This document shows positions 1-11,386 of a DNA stretch of 64,000 bases, piece by piece. Source of the stretch: Octopus sinensis (taxonomy: Eukaryota); contig NC_043007.1 in the NCBI RefSeq assembly GCF_006345805.1, positions 17,732,001-17,796,000 of the forward strand. The letters run 5' to 3'. The position numbers and the translations under genes are program-made. Position 1 is the first letter of the stretch. Each line of letters begins with the position of its first letter. The notes below the pieces were generated by a model that saw nothing but the letters and a program-made list of their open reading frames with translations, did no database searches and was not told the origin of the DNA.

Positions 1-67
1 AGAAAATAAACAGGTAAGGGTTAATGACAGGAATAGTATCCAGCTGTAAAGCAATGTTTCAATAATT

Positions 68-492
68 GGATCTTTTCAGTTTGAACGGCAGTTTTTAACA
101 TAATTTCTAGGTAACTAAAAAATTTTAAACTTCGTACACTGTTAGAATGTGTTTATAAAACATCTTTTTCTCTTGGCTTTATTGAGAAAATTCTATAGTT
201 TGTAAGATATTTGTTGTTTTTTTTCTTCTTCTATTTCTGCAATTTCAACCAATCACTGACGTCCATTGAGGTAAAAAAACATTCTGTGCCGTATGAATAT
301 GTCCCTCGTTTAAGAAACAGATTGGGTTTATTTACATTTGTGAAAAAAAAAAATACCCTTCCTCCTACCCCTAACCCTAACTCTAACCCTAAAACAGATT
401 GAAATGCAATAGATCGATACTAGGGTCATAATTATGGGTGACAATTTCATATGACACCGCTAGAAAAACTGCCGTTCAAACCGAAAAGATCC
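68..492. mobile_element. non-autonomous TIR element, GGATC termini, 8-bp TSD (Merlin/IS1016-like or MULE-like)
   Basis: 29-bp TIRs (68-96, 464-492; 1 mismatch); flanks CAATAATT / CAATAATA; internal (CCCTAA)-like run near 368-391. Confidence 0.8.
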
Positions 493-1420
493 CAATAATA
501 TATTCATTTAACCCATGCTAGCATGGAAAAACAGGTGTATAAACAAAGTAATATCAGTGTATATCTCCTAACTTATATATACAGTTTTATAGCATTAGCC
601 CCTATAAAAGTTATTATTAAATATTACACAGAAAATACCTTTTGTTTCACACTCACAGCTTCATGTATGTGCATACACACATTGCTTCATGTACATACCC
701 TGCCACACTATCCATTCATAGTTACATTCTCTTACGTGTATACAGAAAATATCTCCCAAGATGTCAGATGTTTTCAGAGAACATTGTTATTTCAAAAATA
801 TTTATAGTCTAAGCAAGTGACAACTACTATTTGAATAATTTGTTCATATATGTTGGGCTTACCTTGAGGCATGTGTGTATATAGATTTACTGGCAACACA
901 TACATTTACTGGCAACAGTCCCACCATGGGCCACTATTATTAGTTTGGTTGTTTAATGTCACATCGTTACCTTGTAAGGTATATTAGTATAGTGAGGTGT
1001 GTGTGTTGTGTGTGCTTGGTGAGAGCAGCTGATATGTCTAAGTTATGTATTTCAATGGGGGATTACACTTTTCTTAGGTGATTTATTGTTTGTTCCTCTC
1101 CCAAGGGATGGTTATTGATGGAGACCAAGGCAAGGAGGAGGGAGAAGAGAGAGAGAGAGACAGGCCAACAGACAGATGTATTAGGAAGATGGAGACAGAT
1201 ATAGATATAGCATGAAGGGTTTTTCATTTTCTCACTTAAGGGAGACACTAAGAATAGACTAGTTCTAATGTTGGTAACTGTTATTAACTTGTAAATACCT
1301 ACAAGTTACTTCAACCCTTTGAAACCCAGAGCTGAAGTTATAAACCTTCAGGATTTCATTTTTACACCGAAACTGACTTGGTTCAAACCTCTTCCTTCAC
1401 TTTCTCTTTATCTTATAGTC

Positions 1421-1809
1421 TCTTTTACTCTTTTGATTGTTTCAGTCATTTGACTGTGACCATGCTGGAGCACCGCCTTTAGTCGAGCAAATCGACCCCA
1501 GAGCTTATTTTTTGTAAGCCTAGTACTTATTCTATTGTTCTCTTTTGCCAAACCGCCAAGTTACGGGGACGTAAACACACCAGCATCGGTTGTCAAGCGA
1601 TGAGGGGGGGGGCAAACACAGACACACATGCACACACATGCATATATACGATGGGCTTCTTTCAGTTTCCGTCTACCAAATCCACTCACAAAGCTTTGGT
1701 CGGCCCAAGGCTATAGTAGATGACACTTGCCTAAGGTGTCACGTAGTGGGACTGAACCCAGAACCATGTGGTTGGTAAGCATGCTACTTACCACACAGCC
1801 ACTCCTGCA
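1421..1809 (-). mobile_element. tRNA-derived CORE-type SINE (family A, OR2-like)
   Basis: A box TGGCTGTGTGG, B-box-like GGTTCAGTCCC, core ACCTTAGGCAAGTGTC, central CA/TG tract, tail ACTGAAACAA..AAAAGAG. Confidence 0.85.
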
Positions 1810-2040
1810 TCTTTAACTTTTAGTTAACAATAGGATCTATGTTGATTTTAGTACAATCACCAATGGCTCCAATGTACAGATTTCAATTGAGACTTAACAT
1901 GAGTTTATATGAAATTTGTTGACCACATAAACAAATACTTGAATGCACAGTAGTTTTATGCTCTATAATGTACTCACAGTTTGACATACTTTATAGATGA
2001 ATGTAGCTGTGTGTGTGTGTGTGTGCACGTGCATGCACAG

Positions 2041-2762
2041 GCATGGCTGTGTGGTTAAGAAGTTTATTTCTCAACTATTTGGTTTTCAGTTCAGTTCCAC
2101 TGTGACACTTTGGGCAAATATCTGCAACTACAGCCTCAGGCTGCCCAAAGCCTTATGAGTGGATTTGGCAGATGGAAACTCAAACAAGCCTCTGTGTGTG
2201 TGTGTGCGTGCGTATGCGTGCGTGTGTGCGCGCGTGTGTGAGAGAGAGAGAGGGAGATAGCCTTCCACCATTTCTTGACAACCAGTGTTGGTTTATTTAT
2301 GTCTTTGTAACTTAGGAGACTGGCAAAAGAAACTGATAGAACGAGTACCAGACTTTAAAATAAATACCTGGATGGATCTATTTGACTAAAAACTTTAGTG
2401 GAGGCACATGGCCTAGTGGTTAGAGCAGCGGACTCGTGGTTGAGGGATCGCGGGTTCGAATCTCAGACCGGGCGATGTGTGTGTTTATGAGCGAAACACC
2501 TAAGCTCCACAATGCTCCGGCAGAAGGTAATGGCGAAACTTCTACTGACTCTTTCGCCACAACTTTCTCTCACTCTTTCCTCCTGCATCTTGCAGCTCAC
2601 CAGTGACGGACCAGCGCCCCTTCCAGGTGGGGAACCTATACGCCAAGAAACCGGGAAACCGGCCCTTATGAGCCAGGCATGGCTCGAGAAGGAACAACTA
2701 AAAACTTTAAAGGTGGTGCCACAACAAGGCCACAGTCCAGCAACTGAAACAAGTAAAAGATA
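2041..2762 (+). mobile_element. degenerate family A SINE interrupted by a second SINE
   Basis: Head 2041-2200; tail resumes after 2709 (..GGCCACAGTCCAGCAACTGAAACAAGTAAAAG). Confidence 0.7.
2398..2696 (+). mobile_element. tRNA-derived SINE (Meta/MESC-domain-like), nested, 13-bp TSD
   Basis: A box TGGCCTAGTGG, B box GGTTCGAATCT; TSD ACTAAAAACTTTA at 2385-2397 and 2697-2709. Confidence 0.85.
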
Positions 2763-4197
2763 GTGTGTGGTGTGTGAGAGAGAAAGAAAGAGGAAGGAGA
2801 GATAGAGTTTTGGATATTTTGTTATGAAGTGAATTAAAGAGTTGCATTAATTTTTTATAGATAAGAATGTGTGTGTGTGTGTTCATTCTGGAGAGCTATA
2901 CGTGACTACAAGTGGTGAGTTAACCTATATATGTCTGCATTGGCTATCTTCACATTTTATGAGAGAGAAAAAAAAAGCCAGCCACACTTTCATGATGAGG
3001 TCAACTCTCACCCAAACATTGTCGTGTGACCTTAGCCTCATTACTATACTAAATCCATTCCTACATTACTTATAAGTGGGTGGCAAGCTTAATTCATTGC
3101 CCATAGACAAGCACCACCCTTGTGTATGTACATTATCTTGTTTAGTAAAATCCAACCTGTTTCAAATCAAGTATCCAGTCAAAAGGTAACTGTCTCCCTT
3201 CTATTTCCCCCCAGATACAAAGTTCTGCAAAAAAAAAAAAAAAAAAAAGTGGGTGGGTGGGGGTCATATGTGCTACTCTTTTCTGAATAAGCAATTAAAA
3301 AAATGAAAAAAAATCAAAAAAATCTAACATTTGTTGGATATTTACATATGGTAATATTCTTGCATGTGTTCCAGTGTGTTATGCATCATGGCTTTGTAAG
3401 GAGTACTTATAAGGGATCATTTTTTTTATATCATTAATTTTCAATAGGTCTTGGGTGGTATGGTTGGGATAGTCCTGTCTTAAAGAAGCATGCTGTGTGA
3501 GTTTTTCACCATGATATAGTGTTGAATGGTGGAATGTGCAGCTGAGAAAACCCAAGTCAAAACTATCCGACTGGCATCAAGCATTTTGCCATTCTGTAAT
3601 GTTAACCAACCAAGTGGAACCATAATGGAGTGTTGGTGTGAAACAATTACTTTGATTTATTACTTTCAAGTGGAAGCTTATTATCTTCTTCATTGTCTTC
3701 TGTATAGTCTCAGCCACCCCCTCTGCTCCTAGGCTGCACCCCCTCACAGATGAAGAACTAGCTGGCTTTGTGTAACTAAATATCACAGCAGTGATACTGA
3801 AGCGAACCGATTTGTAGGTCATCAGTTATGGTCTGGTGTTACTTTGTTCTTTGTTCTTCTACAGTGGGACAGCTGCTTTCTTTTCATCTTGCTCTTTATT
3901 TGAAGTTGATTTAATAAAGATGCTTGTGTTGCTCAGGTTAATAATCTCTGCTGCTATCCATGTTTAGTGAAGAACAGAAGAGAAATCATTGTGTACCGTA
4001 CTGGAAGCTCCTGTCACCTGGCAATTGAGTTTACAGTATACGTGATTGTCTAGATCAATGGTTTCCAAATGGTGCAGTGCAGTGCACCAGTGCTTCAGAA
4101 GAGGTGTCTGGGAGTGCTTCAAGCTTTTAAAAATAAAGCTTATGGTTTTAGAAAATCTGTACTAATGTTTGAATGTCTTGAAAAATACATGCTTCGT

Positions 4198-4567
4198 GGT
4201 ATTTCGTCTGTCTTTACGTTCTGAGTTCAAATTCCGCCGAGGTCGACTTTGCCTTGCATCCTTTCGGGGTCGATTAAAAAAGTACCAGTTACGCACTGGG
4301 GTTGATATAATCGACTTAATCCGTTTGTCTGTCTTTGTTTGTCCTCTCTGTGTTTAGCCCCTTCTGGGTAGTAAAGAAATAGGTATTTCGTCTGCCGCTA
4401 CGTTCTGAGTTCAAATTCCGCCAAGATCGACTTTGCCTTTCATCCTTTCGGGGTCGATAAATTAAGTACCAGTTACACACTGGGGTCGATGTTATCGACT
4501 TAATCCCTTTGTCTGTCCTTGTTTGCCCCCTCTGTGTTTAGCCCCTTGTGGGCAATAAAGAAATAAG
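4198..4567 (+). mobile_element. family B SINE, head-to-tail dimer of 5'-truncated units
   Basis: Two ~185-bp units starting GGTATTTCGTCTG (4198, 4382), each with GAGTTCAAATTCC and CCTTTCATCCTTTCGGGGTCGAT. Confidence 0.85.
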
Positions 4568-4884
4568 AACTTGATATTAAAATTTGAAGAACTACCTGTC
4601 AAGGTGGGTTGATCAAACTCTCATGAAAGTGTGGTTCAAGCTTTTAATTATTTAGATTTTTTTTACTATTATGAAACTCATTTCCTATCCTCGTATCTTT
4701 TTCATATTAACTTCCAGAGATTCTTGGTTTGGCAGTGTTACCGAGTGCCAGGATATTGCTGGTTTGAGTTACATAGACATGCCATCTGATGGGCCTATCT
4801 GAGATGTGTGCAGGGTGATAAAACTGACCTGCATACACTTGTTCAATGATTACTACAGGACAAAACCTTTTTGATAACAATATT

Positions 4885-5102
4885 GGAGCTGGCAGAATCA
4901 TTAGCACGCTGGGCAAAATGCGTAGCCGTATTTCGTCTACTGTTACGTTCTGAGTTCAAATTCCACCGAGATCGACCTTGCCTTTCATCCTTTCGGGGTC
5001 GATAAATTAAGTACCAGTTACGCACCGAGGTTGATGTAATCAACTTAATCCGTGTGTTTGTCCCCTCTGTGTTTAGCCCCTTGTGAGTAGTAAAGAAATA
5101 AA
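4885..5102 (+). mobile_element. family B tRNA-derived SINE, near full length
   Basis: GAGCTGGCAGAATCATTAGCACG head; same body and tail as 4198. Confidence 0.85.
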
Positions 5103-5696
5103 TATTGATAATATTATGCATATGATACGATACCTACTAATTTTGATAACAATAACCAGTTGATACCATCCAGTATTGTATGTAACCCACTAATTGTGAT
5201 AGCAATAACTAGTTGATAATATTCATTATTGTATAATAAGTGGCTTTCGCTACATACTCATCAACTTTCAATACAGATGTTGCTTATATAATTTTGTACA
5301 TCAGATTTTTCACCAGGTATTAAACATCACTGCCCACCTTTTAATTGCTGTGTTATTAATCTTGTAAAAGATACTTAATACAGCTCTGGTTGTTTCTTTC
5401 TAACGTCATGATTGTTTTACAAACAACAGAAGCACTCTGTGTCACCCAGACTGTAGGATTAACTAGCATTTAAATTTCTTCAGTAGTCATTGAGGTTTTT
5501 ATGCTTCACTGCTTACAGTGTTGGCCAATAAGAGTACACCTTACCCTTATTATTAAATGCACATAGAGGGTGCTTTCATTGCAGAATTTCTCTTTAACCT
5601 CATTCTACATACATATGGTACACTGTTATATCAATGTTATAAAGTTAACCTTATTCAAGTTAGATAGATATAATAACATTCTATATATATATATAT

Positions 5697-5927
5697 AGGG
5701 AGAGTTTACGAAAAAACAAGACGAAGACAGGTGATGTACAAAACAAACAGATGTATTAGTATAATGGTCATAGTCTTCCTTTCTCTGGATCTTTCCTTCT
5801 CCTATGTTTCCGACGAAGAGCTCCGCTCGAAACGTTAAACCCTCCTTCTTTCATGAGCGTACAATAACACTATTTGTTCCACGTCCTCGCGTTGTGTTTT
5901 TTTGTGCTTTCTTGTTTGGATTAACTA
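5697..5927. mobile_element. Penelope-like terminal fragments (inverted junction) in (TA)n, with minimal hammerhead motif
   Basis: 5697-5770 is the reverse complement of 50915-50980; 5806-5840 has a hammerhead layout; flanked by TA microsatellites. Confidence 0.65.
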
Positions 5928-6069
5928 TATATATATGTATATATATACATACATATATATATATTGGTCATGGTTTTTTTCTATTGTATGAACTAAATGT
6001 CAGAGAGGGATGGGTTAAACTACCTGCTTCAATTTGCTATAGAAGTAGGTAGTAATTTTACCTTGGTCT

Positions 6070-6325
6070 TATTCTTAGTGCAAGTTTTGAAGAGTGCAGT
6101 TCAATTTTAACAGTTATTTTTTCAAAGCTTTAATGGAAGTGACAAAGGAGCATATTTGGCATATTTTGCTCTATGGGTTCAATAAAGGCAACAATGCAAT
6201 GGAAAGTGTGAGGAATATTAATGCAGTATATGGGGATCAGACAATGAGTGTAAGCCAGTGGTTCCAGATATTCTGAGCTGGAAACTACAGCCTGGATCTG
6301 GAAGATCTGCATTTGACCCATGTGA
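6070..6325 (+). pseudogene. mariner transposase 5' relic
   Basis: MEVTKEHIWHILLYGFNKGNNAMESVRNINAVYGD..WFQIF*AGNYSL resembles the mariner N-terminal HTH region; stop and indels. Confidence 0.85.
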
Positions 6326-6569
6326 GCATGTAAAAATTAACACTAAAACAATGATAATAATGATAGTCATGCGACCATTTCCTAATTTAAGACAGTAGAG
6401 TGTCAAGTGTAGCTACTGTTTCTAGCAGGCTAGAAATTGTGTTGAAGCCTGTCCTCGTTGACTTGAAGTAAAGCTGGTTTTTGTTATTAAGTTGTAAATC
6501 ATTCCTTGTTGAATTGACCTTTAATGAAAGGCTTTTGAACAATAACCTTCTGTCTTATTGTTTATCAGA

Positions 6570-6931
6570 AACTAGCAGTTTAGAATTGGAATTTTTGAAA
6601 AGTAAAAATTTTGCATTATATAGCTTGTTATTCTCTTTAAGTGAACATTTTTCTGGTTGAAATATACTGAAAAATGGTGACACAGCAGTCAAAAAATCGT
6701 AAAAAATAGGGATTTTCATAGAAAAAAAGCACCTTTTTGATGTAAATAATTTTTGGTGTTAACATGGCCCGATTTGAATTTTTTCTTCTACAGAAGGAAG
6801 AGCAAGCCTTCTTCTATCATACTCTCAATTTTAGTCAACTTGCGCCGCAGGGTCTCGGAGGAGATAGTGTTAGTTGAAGGCTACCAAACCTGACATACAC
6901 AACAACTTCAGCTTTATATATATATAGAGAT
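6570..6931 (+). mobile_element. Helentron/DINE-like non-autonomous repeat, copy 1 (short 5' deletion)
   Basis: Near-identical to 10990-11386; starts ACTAGCAG, ends CAGCTTTATATATATATAGAGAT. Confidence 0.65.
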
Positions 6932-7151
6932 TATATTGCAACATATTATGTGTTTAATATGGGAGAGAATGATGTGAGGGAGATTTGGCTATTTCCTCCT
7001 GCAGATCAAATGATCATATAGAAGCTGTTTTGTTAATACCAGCAGACATACATTGATGTTACTTGAAATGGAAAGGATATTGATGAGTATTAATACTGCA
7101 ATCAAACCAGATGATACTCTCATCTTGCCTAAAATACCAAGTAAAGGGATT

Positions 7152-7625
7152 CATCATTATCATCATCATTGTTTAACGTCCGCTTTCCATGCTAGCGTGG
7201 TTGGACGATTTGACTGAGGACTGGCGAACCAGATCTGGCAGAGTTTCTACAGCTGGATGCCCTTCCTAATGCCTACCACTCCGAGAGTAGTGGGTGCTTT
7301 TATGTGCCACCGACATGAGGGCCAGTCAGGCGGTACTGGCAATGGCCATGCTCAAGTGGTGTTTTTTATGTGCCACCTGGACAGGAGCCAGTCCAGCGGC
7401 ACTGGCAACGACCTCACTCGAATGTTTTTCACGTGCCACCGGCACAAGTGCCAGTGAGGCAACGCTGGTAACGATCACGCTCGAATGGTCCTTTTTATGT
7501 GCCACTGGCACGGAAGCCAGTCAGCTTCTCTGGCAGCAATCACACTTGGATGGTGCTCTTAGCGCTCCACTGGCACAGGTGCCAGTCATCGAATTTGCGA
7601 ATTTGATTTGATTTCGATTGCACTC
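7152..7625 (-). mobile_element. RTE LINE 3' UTR fragment (family C) with internal 60-70-bp tandem units
   Basis: (CAT)n tail, TTTAACGTCCGCTTTCCATGCTAGC end motif, repeated GTGCCACCGGCAC units. Confidence 0.85.
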
Positions 7626-8574
7626 AAGGACTAAGAATTGTGAAACAAATTTGTGAACCACCAGGCTGTGCCTGCATCTATGACTAGTCCGTATATACAC
7701 AGTAACACACTTCTTCCCATCTTCCTCTCTGAATGTGTGTGCACACACACTTATGTTCCACCCTCAAACTTTTCCGTCTTCTCTTTCTCTCTCCTCTTTC
7801 TCTCTCTATCCATCTTAGCAAACTTTGAATCACTAAATATCACCCCATTGATAATATGTTAACATTATAATTGTGTGTGCACACACACACATATTCACGT
7901 TGTTGTATAAAGTATTGTAAACCCATGTCAAGCAAGTAAATATGTGTAAGTGTGGAGGAAGAACTGAAGAAGGAGGCAAGAAGTAAATAAACGGACATGA
8001 AAACAATATAGATGATAATTATGAATAATAATAATAATATTCTGCCCAAATTATCCGTTCATATTTTTGGTAGTACTGCTTGCTTAGGCATCGTAGATGG
8101 AGCTGGAATGGCTGAACAGCTGTGAAAACAATCTGGTTACTGCTATGAAATCTGGAATATATTACCTGTAACAGGATGTAGCTCTTTAGTTGTGTACGTA
8201 TTGGTTTTATAGTTGCTTTCCAGTGACCTCAAGGTTGTGGGTTCATTACGCTTCAGGTATAATGCACCTTTGTATAGTAACAAAAAAAAAAAAAAAAACC
8301 CTTGGAAGAAGAGCAAACAAAAAATGATTTACAGGGTTGTTAATGTGATGATAGTTTTATCATTATATTAGGGGGAATCAGATGGTTATGATATCATCAT
8401 ATATAGGTGCAGGGAATAGCTCTGAGGTTAGGAAGCTCAGTTTGCAATCATGTGGTTTTGGGTTCAGTCCCACTGTACTGCATACCTTAGGCGAGTGTGT
8501 TCTATCATACCTCTGGGCTGACCAATGTGTTGTGAGTGAATTTGATAGATAAAAACTATGTGGAAGCCTGTCAT

Positions 8575-8582
8575 ATATATAT

Positions 8583-8677
<95 letters not shown>

Positions 8678-8690
8678 ACACACACACACA
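8575..8690. repeat. compound (AT)n/(AC)n microsatellite (others at ~11850-11960, 30735-30830, 43870-43980, 45340-45470, 50980-51058, 53000-53065, 61997-62055)
   Basis: Directly visible. Confidence 0.95.
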
Positions 8691-8777
8691 GATGGATTCA
8701 GATGAATATAGTACTTAAGTTGAGGCACCAGAAATTAGTATGGTATTATCCATACAATTTAAAATAAGGTGATTAAA

Positions 8778-8990
8778 ATCAAAATCAGCAACAAGGATAT
8801 CCAGAGGTAATGCAGTACGATCGTTTCATGCGACTCCATTTAATTGAACAATGCAATCATTACATCAATTTAAAATGCAGAGCAATCCTCAGCTGCACAA
8901 AAACATAGGATTTAATTAAATTTGATTAAATGGAGTCGCATGAAACAATCGTACTGCATTACCTCTGGATATCCTTGTTGCTATTTTGAT
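8778..8990. mobile_element. MITE with ~65-bp TIRs, unclassified
   Basis: AGCAACAAGGATATCCAGAGGTAATGCAGTACGAT..CGACTCCATTTAAT and its reverse complement at about 8922-8990. Confidence 0.8.
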
Positions 8991-8995
8991 ATATA

Positions 8996-9587
8996 TCATC
9001 ATCATCATCGTTTAGCATCCGCTTTCCATGCTAGCATGGGTTGGACAATTCAACTGGGGTCTGGGAAGCCAGAAGGCTGCACCAGGCCCAGTCTGATCTG
9101 GCAATGTTTTACGGCTGGATGCCCTTCCTAACACCAACCACTCCGAGAGTGTAGTGGGTGCTTTTTACGTGCCAGACGAGGCTGGCAAACGGCCACGATC
9201 GGATGGTGCTTTTTACGTGCTACCGGCACGGAAGCCAGTCAGGGCGGCGCTGGCAACAGCCACGTTCGGATGGTTGTCTTATGTGCCACCGGCACTGGTA
9301 TCACAGCTACAATTTCCATTGATGTTGATCGATTTTGATTTTCACTTGCCTCAACAGGTCTTCGCAAGTAGAGTTTTGTGTCCCAAGAAGGAAAGGTATG
9401 CATAAGTGGACTGGCTACATCCCAGGTAGAGGCCACGGATTATGGTCTCACTTGTCCTGCTGGGTCTTCTCACGCACAGCATACTTCCAAAGGTCTCGGT
9501 CTCTAGTCATTTCCTCGGTGAGACCTAAAGTTCGAAGGTCGTGCTTCACCACCTCGTCCCAGGTTTTCCTGGGTCTACCTCTTCCAC
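8996..9587 (-). mobile_element. 5'-truncated RTE LINE: ORF2 C-terminus plus 3' UTR and (TGA)n tail
   Basis: Minus frame RGRGRPRKTWDEVVKHDLRTLGLTEEMTRDRDLWKYAV is a typical RTE end, continuous with the family C sequence. Confidence 0.9.
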
Positions 9588-10282
9588 ACACACACACACA
9601 CACACATATATGTACATATATACATATATATGTCATATATGTCCATTTTCCATGCTAGCATGGGTTGCATAGTTTGACTGGAGTTGAAGAGCTGCACCGG
9701 GTTCCAGCCTGATTTGGCTTGGTTTCTACTGCTGGATGCTCTTTCTAATGCCAACCTCTTTACAGTGTGTGCTGGGTGCTTCTAACATGCTACTGGCATG
9801 AGCGCTTTTATGTGGCACCAGCACAAGAGCTTCTTACATAGGACCAGTATGAATGCTTTTTGCATGACACTGGCATGTGTGTGTGACCGTGACCCCTACC
9901 ATTGCTTGACAACTGGCATTGGTTTGTGTATGTTTCTTTGACTTGGTTTGGCAAAAGAAGTCAATAGAAAATAAGTACCAGATTTTAAAAAGCCCATAAT
10001 TACTGGGGTCAAGCATGGTTGCAGTCAAATGGCTGAAACAAGTAAAACATAAAAGATAACATATTGTGAAATTCCTTCTGACCCATGCAAGCATAGAAAA
10101 GTGGCTGTTAAGTGATGATTAATGATGATGACTTTAGAGATGGCAAGAGAAGAATTGATTCCACTATTGGACTGACACTTTATTGATCATGAAAGAAAGG
10201 CTAAGTTGAAACCTCAGCAGGATTTGAACTCAGATCAGGGATAACAAATGTACTGATACTTTTTTAAAGAAGACTATGGAAC

Positions 10283-10505
10283 CATTTCTTTTCTACTCTA
10301 AGCACAAGGCCCAAAATTTTGGGGGAGAGGGCCAGTCGATTAAATCAACCCCAGTACACAACTGGTACTTAATTTATCGACCCTCATCCCCAAGGATGGA
10401 AGGCAAAGTTGACCTCGGCAGAATTTGAACTCACAACGTAAAGATAGACAGAATACTGCTAAGCATTTTGCTCGTCGTGTTAATGATTCTATCAGCTCAC
10501 CGCCT
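10283..10505 (-). mobile_element. family B SINE variant
   Basis: GGCAAAGTTGACCTCGGCAGAATTTGAACTC on + strand. Confidence 0.75.
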
Positions 10506-10989
10506 TACTATGGAACCATTTCTACAAAATACAATGAGTTATAATTAATTAAAATTCTGTAAATAGATATATGAATCTCAATCAAGAAAGAAAAGGATCT
10601 TTAATTATGAATAAGATCAATCTTTTTCTTGCACAAAAATATTGTACAGACAGATTGATTGATCAGACAGTCTAAGGGTAAAATAATCATAGACTGTTAA
10701 TTATTGACCTGTTATAGTTACTTATTATTTGGGCTTGGCAGCTCTATATAACAGAATATATTTTATATAATGTAGTATGATGCCATAATGCATACCCTAG
10801 TGAAGTGAAAAAGTCGTTTAAATTTCTCAACTCTGCTGTATGGGGGGAGGCTTGCAGCCTCAAATAACTCATCCGTGCGCACACACACTGTATTACTGAA
10901 TGTAGAAGAGCAATGATGATGATACAGATGATAGTGAGTCTTGGTGTTTCTTAGTTCTAATCTCAAGATGGCAAATAAATTTATTCTTC

Positions 10990-11386
10990 AACTAGCAGTA
11001 TCGCGTTGCTCGGGCTTGTTTTCTTTTCGACCCTTTAGAATTGGAATTTTTGGAAAGTAAAACTTTTGCATTATGTAGCTTGTTATTCTCTTTAAGTGAA
11101 CATTTTTCTGGTTGAAATACACCGAAAAATGGTGACACAGCAGTCAAAGAATCGTAAAAAATTAAGGGATTTTCATAGAAAAAAAAGCACCTTTTTGATG
11201 TAAATAATTTTTGGTGTTAACATGGTCCGATTTGAATTTTTCTTCTATGGAAGGAAGAGCAAGCCTTCTTCTATCATACTCTCAATTTTGGTCAACTTGT
11301 GCCGCAGGGTCTCGGAGGAGATAGTGTTAGCTGAAGGCTACCAAACCTGCCTACACAGACAACTTCAGCTTTATAGAGAGAGAGAT
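10990..11386 (+). mobile_element. Helentron/DINE-like non-autonomous repeat, copy 2
   Basis: AACTAGCAGTATCGCGTTGCTCGGG start, GCTTTATAGAGAGAGAGAT end; direct repeat of 6570-6931. Confidence 0.65.

Noticed and set aside
1-60. CAG|GTAAGG at 13/14 as the donor of the preceding MAPKBP1 exon (would read ..ENKQ, phase 0)
   Set aside because: Only 13 nt are visible, and the following sequence (GGTT..GACAGGAA..ATCCAGCTGTAAA) resembles the RTE-UTR repeat motif. It cannot be supported, though upstream sequence could reopen it.
2398-2480. tRNA gene
   Set aside because: A and B boxes are present, but there is no closing acceptor stem and the sequence continues into a SINE body with a TSD. The same applies to the other SINE heads.
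3526-3900. ORFs and a ctacag acceptor as missing N-terminal exons
   Set aside because: No WDR62/MAPKBP1 motifs (such as GNRHIKFW) in any frame I checked; early stops.
7290-7570. CRISPR-like repeat-spacer array
   Set aside because: Eukaryotic context; the units are diverged tandem copies without unique spacers and belong to an RTE 3' UTR.
8378-8767. ORFs of 60-120 aa (also 11774, 17185, 17344, 29163, 30695, 45289-45338)
   Set aside because: Translations of (AT)n/(AC)n microsatellites and SINEs (CVCV, HTHT, IYIY).
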